Below, piece by piece: positions 25,395 to 38,523 of a DNA stretch of 64,000 bases. Positions within the stretch are counted from its first letter, which is position 1; each line of letters begins with the position of its first letter. This DNA is from Eledone cirrhosa. Lineage: Eukaryota. The stretch is taken from contig OZ024741.1 of NCBI GenBank assembly GCA_964016885.1, positions 392,336,001-392,400,000 of the forward strand. Direction: 5' to 3'. A program made the translations under genes and the position numbers. Below the pieces are notes generated by a model that had not been told where the DNA came from, made no database searches, and saw only the letters and a list, made by a program, of their open reading frames with translations.

Positions 25395-25487
25395 ATTATA
25401 ATTATATATATATATATATATAAACATTATAATTATATATATATATATACACATTATAATTATATATATATATATACACATTATAAT

Positions 25488-25523
<36 letters not shown>

Positions 25524-26205
25524 TTATATTTATATATATATACACATATATATATATGTACATATATATATATATGTACATTATAATTTTATATATATAC
25601 ATTATAATTATATATATCATCATCATAACCATTTTACGTCCGTTCTTCCATGCTAGCATGGGTTAGACGGGTTGTCCTGTTGTGGGCAGTGTCTGGTCGG
25701 CTGACCTTGTCTTGCTCATACAGGAACTATATATATATATATACATTATAATTATAAATGTATGTATGTGTATATATATATATATATACATTATAATTAT
25801 AAATGTATGTATGTGTATATATATATATATATACCTTATATATATATATTATATATATATATATATATACCTTATATATATATATTATATTTATATATAT
25901 ATATATATATATACCTTATATATATATATATTATATTTATATATATATATATATATATATACACATTATATTTATATATATATATCTATATATATATACA
26001 TTATATTTATATATATATATACATTATGTTTTAGGAAGGGCATCCAGCTGTAGAAATCAAGCCAGAATCAGTTCCCGTCCCACCCTTGCAAGTAGGGAAA
26101 AAGTGGACGTAAAATGAAATGATGAAATGATTATATATATATATCTATATATATATATACATTATATTTATATATATATATATATACTCATACATACATA
26201 CATTA

Positions 26206-26255
<50 letters not shown>

Positions 26256-26266
26256 TACATACATAC

Positions 26267-26310
<44 letters not shown>

Positions 26311-26410
26311 CATACATACCTTATATTTATATATATATATATACATACATACATATATATATATATATACATTTATATATAAATATATAATGTATATATA
26401 TATATAATGT
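24250..26410. repeat. AT-rich minisatellite array (cattataat+(ta)n+cac units) interrupted by short insertions
   Basis: Dozens of cattataattatatata units; RTE tails at 25618-25727 (-) and 26031-26128 (+); hairpin element at 25161. Confidence 0.9.
25161..25280 (+). mobile_element. Hairpin-capped short element (family shared with 56291-56470)
   Basis: Hairpin atattgttatactttgggagggtcatgtt/aacatgaccctcccaaagtataacaatat plus tail c.gtttcaacaca.gatttca.at.aa.aa. Confidence 0.75.
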
Positions 26411-29400
26411 AACTATATTTGCAACATAGAAACAAACATTTTAATGAAGCTTAATTAAGAAAAGTTCAGAGATTATAACAAATTAAACTATGACAATATA
26501 ATTTATTACATGTCATTGACACACCTTTGCTGTTCACTCGTAAAATAGTAAAAGTGTTTTAACACTTAAAATATTCTTTGATTTTATTAAATTGTAAATT
26601 TAATAAACTTCTATATTCTTTCTGTAGATGTTTTTTGATGTAAGCCAATATAATACCTCGAATGTTCAAATTATCTTAAAATAACATTCAAAAATGTTTA
26701 GAGCTGTGAATTAAATTGCAAGTAAAATTAAAGCTCTGTTTGGAATAAAATTATCATTTCAAGATCAACAAATAAGTGTCATAATATAGATTCAATATTC
26801 TAATATATGATTAGGAATTATAGTCTTATTGGTGCGTTTTATAGAAAAATCAATGGGATCATAAAGCGAATCTGTTTTAAGAAAGAAAAAAAAAATGAGA
26901 ATTGTAAGTAAAATTGGCAACTTTTTGATTTTTGCAAGACTATTTTCGTTGTAAATTCTCAGAATTGTGTATACACAAAATAATTAATCTAAAGGCATTT
27001 TTCTCTGTTGAATGAAATTAATTTTATTTTTCCAGCAATTTGTTAATATTAATCTCTGAACTTTTTCAGCATAAAAAATAAAAATAGCATAAAAGCAGTA
27101 ATATAAATCCTTTAAGGTTCACAATATATTTTGGAGCAGAAATCTTTATCCTGACTGCTAAAGCAAATTTCATATTTATAAAGATATTCAAAATTTTAAA
27201 ACTTGATTATTGATGTGGATACACTATTTACCCCGCCATTATATTCACACAATAGATATAGTGATAATATTTCTAAATTTACTAAAATAGGTTCAAGAAA
27301 GCTTCCAACAATAAAATTCATCTGTAGTAGTGCACCATCTATAGATCATTGACTGGATTAATAAAAATGATCAATGACCAGTATTTCGTATTGTGCTGCA
27401 GCCTATAACGGGCAAATCCTGTGTCTCCTCTTAAACTCTGCAAACGTTGAAGACCTTACTGCTAAAAACGTCCAACTTACACTGATTTGCATGTGACTTT
27501 TAGAGCTATCAATGTAATTTGATGTATACACAATCCTCTATAGATATGAAGTTAAAATACTCCATTTCACAACACCAAATCCTGCTTATTACTAACTTCT
27601 CTTAAAACAGTATTGATTTCTTTCTTAGGCAAAAAGCCCATTCTTAAGAGACAAAAGAAATGAAAGGTTAATTGATCTTACTAACTGATCCAAATTTTGT
27701 TTCATGTTAATTGATCCTAATTTTCTGCCATGGGAACTACTGAAAACAATGGGTAAAGACATCCTGTTTAACTAAAACAATGTATGGTACTAATCAACTG
27801 GAGATCATCAAAATCTAAACCTTTGATCATGAACCCTTTGAAAAATTAAGACATCATTTTGTAAAATGGTCAGTGTTTTAAAGCAACATAACAATACGAA
27901 AATTATCTCACAAAGATATTAAATGCATAGGATGTTTATAGGTGTTAACCTTAAAATAAAAATAATAGTATTTCTTTTGGGATGACACTTTATAAAATAT
28001 TTTACATTAAATACAATTAGTAAATATGATACACATGAATGTTTTCTGGTCCATCTTATGATTAGGAAATAGAAAAATGCTGGAAATTAAAATCACACTC
28101 AAGTTTAGATTAAGTAAGTTTTATTTTGTTTGTTGAAGCTAACTTCTTAATATTACATTTAGAAAATTATCTTGAAATAAGGATTTCACCAAATGCATTA
28201 TATTTGAGATTACAACCACATGGAATTTCATATTCTATTTTCTTTTCTTATGTTTATGTATAGATTATATTCAGTGACAATTTCTTTTTTAAATAATCAT
28301 GACAGAATTTATAAAATTAACTAAAGTTGAGGAAATGGTTAAAGAAATGTAGTGGACTTATTAAAAATCAAATCAGCATAAAAGATTCTGCTTCAAAATT
28401 TAATCAGCATATTTATCTTAGTGTTATTGCATCAATGAGAGAAGTAAAATAGATATATTTATGGCTGTGTTTACAATAGTACACAAGCAAGTAAACGAAA
28501 AAGACATAGCAGCATACACACATGTATATATATATCATATTCTCCTTGTAAATATTTTGGTCAAAATATTCTATAACAAAATGTTTCCAGCTACTTTAAA
28601 GTTACATATAGTTATGTCCATACGTTTTAATTATGATACTTTCTATTTATACATATATTAATATCAGATGGTTTAAAAAAAGTTTGTATTTCATTGTATT
28701 TCATTTTATCTTTTAGATTTTATCTCATGTTGTATGTTATGATTTAACTAGGATAATACTTTATAACTAAATAAATTCACCAAGTATTAAAATCCCTAAC
28801 TCTTGACCCCACACATCACTGTGTGAACTATATAGAATTAACATTAGTCATAATAAATTTTCAAATAAAGGAATAATTCTTTTTTTGTCTTTTTGACACC
28901 CACTAATAAAAAAAAAAGAAAAATTACTCTTTATAAAAAGTATTTACATTCATAAGAAGCTTAATCAAGTTATACAATAATTATATTAATTTGTAAAAGT
29001 TCAAAACAGAAACATGGGAAGTTTTATTGAAAGAAGAAGAAACACTGAAGAGAATATGATATATAACAATATGTCAACATTAAACACAGATAATTTGGAT
29101 AATATACACACTATTTATTTCAATGATTACACATTGACTTTGAAAGGATTTCTATACAAAGATATCTATACAAAGCTAGCAAAGAACCATGGAAAATATA
29201 TATACATATAATTATACATAATGCAATCATACAAGAACACCTAGCTTCTAATTAAAAAAAAAAAAGATAGACAGATTATGTTTAGCACTACATCTAGACA
29301 CTATTAGCAACATACATAAAACTAGCATCTACAGACTGCAGGTGGTGAAAAAGGTACCTTTAGTCGATCCAGCTTTATCTAAGAGTGCATACAAAAATAA

Positions 29401-29783
29401 GAAATGATCATTAATGGCTGTGAATTTGTTATACTATGGTTTGGATCACTGGGCACCTTAAAGACAGTTGTCCAATACTGTCTGAGCTTCAGGCAATAGA
29501 ATAATCATTGAAATATTAAGGTGAAAAACATAACATACAAAAATATATTAGACAATGGATTTTGGGAAACATTAAAAAATGTATTGAAAATCATAATTTT
29601 TCTAATTTACAATTTTGATTTCATCATCTTTTAAAGTTTCAATTTATTGAAGAACAAGCATTGACAGAAGGACCAATGAAGAAATAAAAAGGTTCCTGAA
29701 GACATGTATTTGAGAATGGCCTTTACTATGAAATTATATATATATATAAAGTAAGAATATTTTCGAAACAGCGAGCGAGTTTG

Positions 29784-29913
29784 AAATTATAAATATAAGC
29801 TATCGCCGTGTTTTGACTAAAGAAATTAAAGAAATTATTAACCCCACTATCAGGCTAAATAATTTCTTTAATTTCTTTAGTCAAAATATGGCGATAGCTT
29901 ATATTTATAATTT
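29784..29913. repeat. Long inverted repeat (~55-bp arms)
   Basis: aaattataaatataagctatcgccg...aagaaattatt versus aataatttctt...ggcgatagcttatatttataattt. Confidence 0.85.
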
Positions 29914-29924
29914 ATATATATATA

Positions 29925-32624
29925 CAAGCAGAGGAACTCGACGTTGCCTGTGTTAAAGAAATTAATGAAATTTCATTCAAAACTTTTTCTAGGGTGTATT
30001 TGAAACTTCTAATACAGCTGTTTATTTTATGTAACATCTTTTAGTTGCAATATGATTTCATACATAATTTCTTTATTTCTTTCATATCTTATCTGTTCTT
30101 GGGTTTTCATATCACTGATGAAATACAGTGGTAAATATTTTGGTTCTTCTGAAAGTGGCTGAAGTGGTCCAATCCTATGGTACACTTGTCCTTGGATTTT
30201 GAAAGTGGGTATAAAGCCATCTTCATGGATGACATTTGCACCAATTGATGTCATTTGGAATGCATTATTGTATTTCTGGATATTTTGAAGAAAGTGTCTT
30301 GATTCAGTAGTTGTACCAATCAGCAACCCCATCAAGGGTTCTAGTGGTTCAGGTATTAGTCTAAACTTAATCTTTCCATTTAAACAACACAATCCAGTTG
30401 ACCCACCATTCCATGTTTTAGCACCACACTTTGTTCATTGAGGAAATTCGAATTAAAGGTTCTGAGGCATAGTCTTGATGTGGATTGTAACTAAAAGCAG
30501 CTAAGTTCCATTCGACAACCTTTTAAAATAGTAAATCTTCTGTTTTTGCTCTCTGTTCAAATAGCCATTGAATTGTTTCTCCATGTCAGCTTTGAGCTGC
30601 TATATTTCTCTCCATTTGCTGTCTTGATGATTTTTGTACATCTGATTCCTCTTGATGAATAGTTACTTCCATTGTCCTATCTTCAACAAGCCATTTTGAC
30701 CTTTGTTCCTCTGATCCATCCTGTCTATTCTATACACTTCTTATTCTTTGTTGTTGAAGCCTTGATAATCTTTGCGTATCTGATTTATCCTGTCTGTTTT
30801 GTGCTGTAGTTTTGTACATCTAATTCCTCTTGACAAAAAGTTACTTTCCTTGTCTTGTCCTCAGCAAGCCTTTTTGGTTTTTGTTCTTCTGATTCATTTT
30901 ACCAATATTTCTCTGTTACTTTTCTTTGTTTTTGTAGTCTTTACTGTCACTGCTCTTCACTCTCATTCTCTCTCATTCTCTCTTTGTAGCTGCTTTGCCA
31001 TAGCTTTATGAGACTTTATTTCAAATGGGGTCTATTCTTCGGAGGCAATTTTGCTTGCAGCTTCCAATGTCACTATTATTTATCTAAAAATTAAAACTTT
31101 TTCTGTTAATGATGGATCTATCTCGAGCCAAATTTCGTTGAATGAGGACTCACTGCATTTACTTTCAGTTATTTTTTTGGAAATAACAACCAAAAACTAA
31201 CGGAAATGAATATACCAAAATATATTTTGTCAGTCAAAGGGTTGACAGAATCCTTCAGTCATGTCAAGAACATGACAATCTCCCTAGTGTTGGTGATTTA
31301 CATGATAAACATGCTGTTAAATGGTTGGTGATAGAAAGGGTATCCAGGACCATCAGGTGTCAAAGGAATGACAACCTCTCATGAACACTCTATGGAATGT
31401 GAGACAGTACATAAGTGAGACAATCCCTAGCCTGCCTGTGGTTCCCCTTCAGTACTGACTTGGTCTGTATGGACCTGTCTAACATTTGCTAGCAGGGAAA
31501 GTAGACATTAAAATGACAATGTTGATGATGATGATGTTTCACAAGTGTTATTTTTAGTAGTGTGTGCCAGCCTCTCATTAGATTTTGGGTTCTTTATTTG
31601 ATTTGAATCAAATAAAGAACCCAAAATCTAATGAGAGGCTGGCACACACACATATACACACAGAACTATATCTGGAGGTGTGGCATATGTATACACACAC
31701 ATATACACATGGAGCTATATACGGAGATGTGGCATATGTATAGCCATTTGGATATTGGAAACGTGTTTCGTTTTTAAAGCATAAGGAGATTTTGTTGACA
31801 GGATCTAGCTGGAACTCTGCTTCATTTTCCTAATGCTTTGAAAAACTTTATCTAGAAGCTTTCTTGAGTTTCGAAAAATAATGTTGGTAGTCATTGTAAC
31901 AGTGAGATGTCAACAATGTCACCGCCGCTGCCAACTACAACCACGACTTATTCAAAGTAACTTCCCTTAGCATGAGTTAAAATACAAACATAATGCCTTC
32001 AAATGGTATGGAAGTCGTTTTTGTTTAAAGGCTAACTATAAAGTAGAGTTGAGATATAAAAAATGTATGACAAAATGTGCTGCAGTCAATATTAATGTAG
32101 GCATGTGTTGTTGCTTTATGTTGATTGAACACGTGTCACTCATTTGTTTTAGCCATACCTCCTTTCATGCAGGAGAGAGAGAGAGAGAGGGGGACGTTCA
32201 ATACTGAAGGAAGCATGTGTTTGTTGCTTTAGTGTCAGCTACTACGTTGAACATGTGTCACTCGCTTTCTTCAGTTTCTTTATCTTTATTTCATTTTCTA
32301 CTCGTTCCTGCATTGTTAACTTGATTAGTTCCATCTTTGACTTTCAGTGCTCTATTTGATTTCACGTCTGCTGATATTCTCTCAAATTCTCACTTCTTCA
32401 TTCTTTCTATTTTCTGTCATATTCCATTGTAGTGAAGATGATAACTCATGATGTTACCACAGATTTACAGACAAACATATAAACAAATAAGGAAAACCAA
32501 GTGTAAGGAAAACCTACTCCTGTGTCTAAGGAACTGACATGCCAAGTTTGAACATGATTGGTCTATTTGTTTTTAAGTGCATAGGAGTCAAACAGACAAA
32601 CAAACGAGCTATTTTATAAATATA
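29925..32624 (-). mobile_element. Deleted Helitron with RepHel N-terminal remnant
   Basis: ORF 30027-30392 has CCLNGKI..PEPL..FLQNIQKYNNAFQMTSIG..FKIQGQVYHRIG; 3' subterminal hairpin acacaggcaacgtcgagt followed by CTTG end. Confidence 0.85.
31560..31648. repeat. Perfect-armed hairpin (~43-bp arms) nested in the Helitron
   Basis: gtgtgtgccagcctctcattagattttgggttctttatttgatt / aatcaaataaagaacccaaaatctaatgagaggctggcacacac. Confidence 0.9.
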
Positions 32625-33813
32625 CTAGAAGAAGTACTCGGCGTTGCCTGGGTTAAAGAAAATAAGGAAATTTTATTCAAAACTTAATATATTTTCTTAA
32701 TACTTATTGTGATTAGTGATTCTAATATTGTTGGCATAATAAATGCTGTGAGATCAACAACAATAATACATCTAAAATAGAAAACCCATAAAAGTAAATT
32801 ATGATAAAAATTCAGTAAATTTTTAGACACCCCTCGATTTTTGTTGCAAATAATTATTTTTAATTAGTTTGTTCATGAGCTATCAATTAATCTTATCTCT
32901 GACTATGTTGCAAATTATTTCCCCCCCAAGAAACAGAAGGAGAAGAGAGGGTGGACGCTCGAACTTTTCCACTCCCATGTAGTTTTCTTTAAAAAAAAAA
33001 TCAATTTTCTTTTGTGATATTCCCTAACCCTAACTTAAACTTTCATTTTTTGAACTGGAGACGGATATTTTTCGGAAAAGGGGCAGTACGGTAAAATTTC
33101 AACAGCTAGATGGTAGATTGACATGCTAGAAATAGTAGACAAATCTTTCCGGTTTCTGAAAAAGGAATTGTTTTTGCGTGATTTGAAAGTAATCTGTTTT
33201 TACGTAATTTGGAGGTCAGATTCATTGCCCTAGTTTTATGAGACTTTCTTCCAAATGAAGGTCTATTCACTGAAAATTTTATTCGACTGTTAGTTTTGTT
33301 TGTTGTTTACAAAAAATAAATGGAAGTTAATGCAGTATGTGTGTGTCATCGAACACATACATTATCCCTCTCTCTCTATATATACACATCATTATGAAAA
33401 TAAACGTTAGCATTCGTTTATGTTTTTTTTTCAAAAAAAAAAAAAAAAAAAATATATATAGAGAGAGTGCGTTGACCATGTAGAAGGTATCTCCTGTCCC
33501 TTTCCATTAAGTCAATTAATGAGAGAGAAAGAGGTGAACACACCCTCTAACACACTAACAACACCATGTGAAACACACACACTGGATTAACTTCCATTTA
33601 GTTTTCGTAAACAACAAAAAAAAACTAACGGTTGAGTCAAATTTTAGTTGTATGAGGATTATCTCCTGTTCCTTAAAACAATATAGTTTAAGGAAAGCCT
33701 ATAGCCGAGTCTAAGGACCTTTCATGCCAATTTTGAACATGATAGGTTTACTGGTTTTTGAGTGTATTGGTAACAAACAGACCAACAAAGAAGCAGTTCT
33801 ATATATATATAGA
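32625..33813 (-). mobile_element. Non-autonomous Helitron
   Basis: 5' TC(TA)n start at 33813; 3' hairpin acccaggcaacgccgagta followed by CTAG|T at 32625; both ends homologous to the adjacent Helitron. Confidence 0.85.
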
Positions 33814-33910
33814 TGTACATAGACACACACACGCACACACATATATATATATGTATGTATATATATGTGTATAAGAATATATATGTATATATGTGTGTAT
33901 ATATATATAT

Positions 33911-34112
33911 ATAGGAAAATGTTTAACTCCCGACGGTAGAGCTCAAGCCGTTTCGACGGCTATTTCTTTTCTGGAGTCCAGAAATAGCCGTCAAAACGGC
34001 TTTAGCTCTGCCATGGGGGTCAAACATTTTCCTATTACCCACTCTACTACCCTAAGTATTGAGTACTCTGGTGCATTATAGTCCATCTGGTTCCTTACCA
34101 CACCTCCTTCGT
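33911..34112 (+). mobile_element. Hairpin-capped short element
   Basis: Hairpin 33911-34035 plus the same tail as 11865-11947. Confidence 0.75.
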
Positions 34113-34464
34113 TATATATATATATTATATGTGTATATATATATATGTGTGTGTGCGTGTGCGTATGTATGTCATCATCATCATCATCATCATCGTTTAT
34201 ATATATGCAGCTCAGAGGAGATGACGAAGGACCGTGACAAGTGGAGAGATGCTGTGCTGAATAGGACCTGTTTCACCCTAACAAGCAGGGAAAAAGTGGA
34301 CATAAAATGATGATGATGATGATGATGTATATATATATATATGTATATATATATATGTATATATATATATATGTATATATATATATGCACATATATGTAT
34401 ATATGTATATATGTAAGTGTATATATAAATATAAATATATATATATGTATATATATATAAATGC

Positions 34465-34495
<31 letters not shown>

Positions 34496-34610
34496 AATGT
34501 ATATATATATACACATATATATATATGTATATATATGTATGTATATATTTATGTATGTATATATTTATGTATATATATGTATGTATATATACGCTTGTAT
34601 ATATATGTAT

Positions 34611-37600
34611 ATCATCATCACCGTTTTACGTCCGTTCTTCCACGCTAGCATGGGTTAGACGGGTTGTCCTGTTGTGGGCAGTGTCTGGTCGGCTGACCAT
34701 GCCTTGCTCATACAGGAACTGATTTGGCTTGATTTCTACAGCTGGATGCCCTTCCTAACACCAACCTCATTTACAGTGAGTGCTGGGTGCATTTTCGTGG
34801 CGCATACACGTCTACTTTACAGTGTGGGCTGGGTGCTTTTTTGCCGTGGCACCTCCACGACCACCTTGCGGTGGGGGTGTGGGGGCATATTGTCTATATG
34901 CTTCAGCTTGTACCCATGGGAGGTCGGGTACTCTGTATTACTGCGTGACGCCAGAAGTCACGGTCGTATGTCATTGCCTTTGAGAGGTGTAATTGGGTAA
35001 GGTCGGCTTTTATCACCTCATCCCAGGTCATCTTGGGTCTCCCGACTCCGCGGTTTCCATCGACTTCTAGTGCTCTGCACCTTTTTATGCAGCTGTCATC
35101 CTTCATACGCATCACATGTCTATACCAGCGCAACCGCCTCTCCAGCACACAGCATTTGATTCCTCTTATGCTCAGTCTCTCTATCAATTCATTTATGCTT
35201 TGTCGTTCACGTATATTACTGTTACACATCCATCGGAACATGCAGGCTTCGTTTCTCTCTAATCTACGTAAGTCTTCTACCTTCAGCGCCCAGGTCTCAC
35301 TACCATGCAACATCGCTGTTCGGATACATGCATCATACAATCTGCCTTTCATTCTGAGGGAGAAGCCTTTTGCAGCTAGCAGTGGTAGTAGTTCCCTAAA
35401 CTTCTTCCATCCCGTTCTTACCCTAGTTATTGTACTTTCTGAACACCCACCTCCGCTGCTAATTCGGTCACCTAGGTAGCAGAAGCTGTCTACTGTTTCT
35501 ACAGAGCCCTCCCAGAGATTGGTGGTACTTGTTTCCTGTGGCTGTTTGCTGCTTGCTGTCTCAGCACAGCTGCTGCATGTGAATCCTACATTCTTAATTA
35601 AGCTTCCTGAGATCCCGCTACATCTCTTGTGTACCCATTTTTAGCATTTGGGGCAGAGAATGGAGTTCCTACCTACACCTTTCCTACATACTGAGCAAGG
35701 CCATTTCCCTGAGGGGATCTGGGTTCTGTTTTCTCGTCTACTTACAAGGACCTTAGTCTTTGTCAAGTTGACTTTGAGACCCTTTCTTTCTAGTCCCTGC
35801 TTCCAAGTTTGGAATTTATTCTCTAGTTCTACCATAGATTCAGCTATGAGTGCGAGGTCATCAGCATACAGGAGTTCCCATGGGCATCCGGTCTTAAACT
35901 CCTCCGTTATTGCCTGCAGGACTATGATGAACAGGAGAGGGCTAAGAACAGAGCCCTGGTGGACCCCAACCTGTATGCTAAATTCCTTGCTATACTCATT
36001 GCTAATCCTAACTTTGCTGACTGCTCCCCTATACATGGCTTGTACCGCTTTCACAAGCCATTCATCTACTCCTAGTTTTCTAAGAGCCCACCAGATTACA
36101 GCACGTGGAACTCTGTCAAAAGCTTTCTCAAGGTCGACAAATGCCAAGTAGAGTGGCTTACTTTTAGCTAGGTACTTTTCCTGTAATTGCCTCACAAGGA
36201 AGAGGGCATCAGTGGTGCCTCTTCCTGGTACAAACCCAAATTGCATCTCGTCTATTTTCACCCGGTCCCTAATCAGCTGTGCTATAACTCTTTCTGTTAC
36301 TTTCATGACCTGGTCCATCAACTTTATACCTCTATAGTTTCCTCTATCTAGTGCATCGCCTTTACCTTTGTAGCAGTTGACAATGATGCTACTGCACCAA
36401 TCTTTTGGTATGGCACCTTCTAGTATTACCTGGTTAACGATACGTGTGGTTATAGTGTGACCTACAGACCCAGATGCCTTCAGCATCTCGGCAGCTATAC
36501 CCGATGGACCGGTTGCCTTGCCCATCTTCATATCTTTGATTGCCTTACTTACTACGCTGCTGCTGACTTGTACTGCTGGCCCCTCTATAGGGTCTACTTG
36601 GGGTAGGGTCTCTTCTTCCCATACATTCTCCTGATTTAGTAATCTATCATAATGACTCTTCCATGCATCTTTCTTCTCAGCACTTGTGAGGGCAAGCTCA
36701 CCTTTATCATTCCGGATACACTTCTCTCCAATGACATCACAACTATCTCTGACACACTGCCTCACAATCTTGAATACCTCCTGTTTCTGCTCCTCACGTT
36801 GCAAAACATGCTTGAATTTTCTATCCTCTGCTTCCCTCCTAGCTAAGTATACTTGTCGCCTAGCTTCCCTCTTGGTCTCTATGTAATGTACCCTGCTCCC
36901 CCCGTTCTTCCATTCTTTCCATGCCTGTCTCTTGGCCTTAACTGCTTCATCTACCTTATTGTTCCACCACCAAGTCACTCTCCTCCTGCTTGAGGTCTTA
37001 CTCCAGCCACAGACCTCATCCGTCGCCTCTAGTAAATTATTTTTTAGGAACTCCCAGTTCTCTTCTACATTAAATGTCTCTATCTGTTCTTCTTTACTGT
37101 CGTAGGTGTTGAGTAAAATATCTTTAAATCTGTTACTGGTTGAGGGGACTTTCAGCTTCCAGATCTTTCTTCTCCAGGTTGGCCTCTATTTCCGGGTTCG
37201 TCTAGTTCTGACCGTGAGGTCGCTGACAACTAAGCTATGTTGGGATGTACATTCCTCACTAGGGAAGGCTTTTGTGTTTACGACCGTCCATCTGTCACGT
37301 CCTCTGATGAGGATAAAATCTAACTGACTAGAGTGCTCCCCTGATCTATAGGTGATCAGGTGGTTGTCGGGTTTTTTAAAGTTTGTGTTACATATCGACA
37401 TGTCATTGGCGTCGCAGAATTCTAGAAGTCTGAATCCTTCCTCATTCCTTGTGCCAACCCCATGGCCTCCATGTACTCTATTGAAGCCGTCGCAGTGTTT
37501 ACCTACGTGTCCGTTAAAATCTCCTGCAATGATTAGGAAGTCATTGTCGTCTGTTAGATCAGTAGTGTGCATTAGGGACTCGTAAAACCTATCCTTAAGT

Positions 37601-38019
37601 TCGTCTGACAGCCCCGATTGGGGTGCGTAAGCTGATATTATTGTGCTAATTGTTTTATTCAGGACTAGTCTGAGTTTAATGATTCTTGCATTTACCCTGT
37701 ACACTGAGATTACTTTATCTACCCACTTGTCAGCTAGTAGTATACCTACACCACCCATCCCATCGTCATTTCCCACCCAGAAAAATTTGTAGCACCGACT
37801 TTTTCCTACCAGGACTCTGGCAGACTCTCTTCTCCATCTAGTCTCTTGCACACAGCATACATCAATTTCCTTTCGCTCTAGCATTTCTACGATTTCTCCT
37901 GCTCTTCCTTTCATTGAGCCTACATTGATGGTACCAACTCGGAGTTTTGGGCATTTGTCGACACTCGTAGGGAAGGGTCTCTGGGTTGGTGCTTCACGTG
38001 GGTGCTTGGTAGCTCGCAG
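34611..38019 (-). mobile_element. Near full-length RTE LINE (AP endonuclease, RT, PHD-like finger), two in-frame stops
   Basis: ORFs 37186-38037 (GTINV, CVQETRW, SAYAPQ, GDFNGH, DFIL, SQH), 35641-36978 (RT, YADD) and 34903-35352 share one frame, broken only by stops at ~37186 and ~35641; 3' UTR and (GAT)n tail. Confidence 0.97.
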
Positions 38020-38031
38020 ATATATATATGT

Positions 38032-38039
<8 letters not shown>

Positions 38040-38069
<30 letters not shown>

Positions 38070-38520
38070 GAATGTACGTATAGTGTATTTGATAATATAC
38101 TGTATGTTTATTTTAAAACATTTTGAAGACCATTCGCTATGAATTTTAAAGTAGTGACTACGTCACATACTTAGTCTTGGCAAAAACAAAGTGGAGTAAT
38201 CAACGGTTGTATCGTTACTCACTTGTAAGTGGTTGCCACGACTACATACCCCTTCGCCTCTGCCGAGAGTTATAGAATCTGGATTCTTATAGGATTCCAG
38301 TTATGTTTATGAACTATTTAAACTCATTAACATACAGAGCGGTTGCCAGCCCAGCAAAAATTAGAAATTAGTATTGGCGCTCTGAAATTACGATGTTTAT
38401 ATGACTGCACATATAGTATATTTGATAATATACTGTTTTTAAATAAACATACAGTATATTATCAAATATACTATACGTGCATTCATATATACATCGCTAT
38501 TTCAGAGCACCAATACTAAT
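38040..38520. mobile_element. Structured ~335-bp direct-repeat element with terminal fold-back
   Basis: tatagt.tatttgataatatactgt at ~38080 and ~38413; 38367-38435 inverted at 38449-38520; homologous to 16845-17225. Confidence 0.6.
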
Positions 38521-38523
38521 ATA

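Noticed and set aside
35033-37585. Plus-strand ORFs overlapping RTE copies
   Set aside because: Antisense shadows of the LINE ORF.
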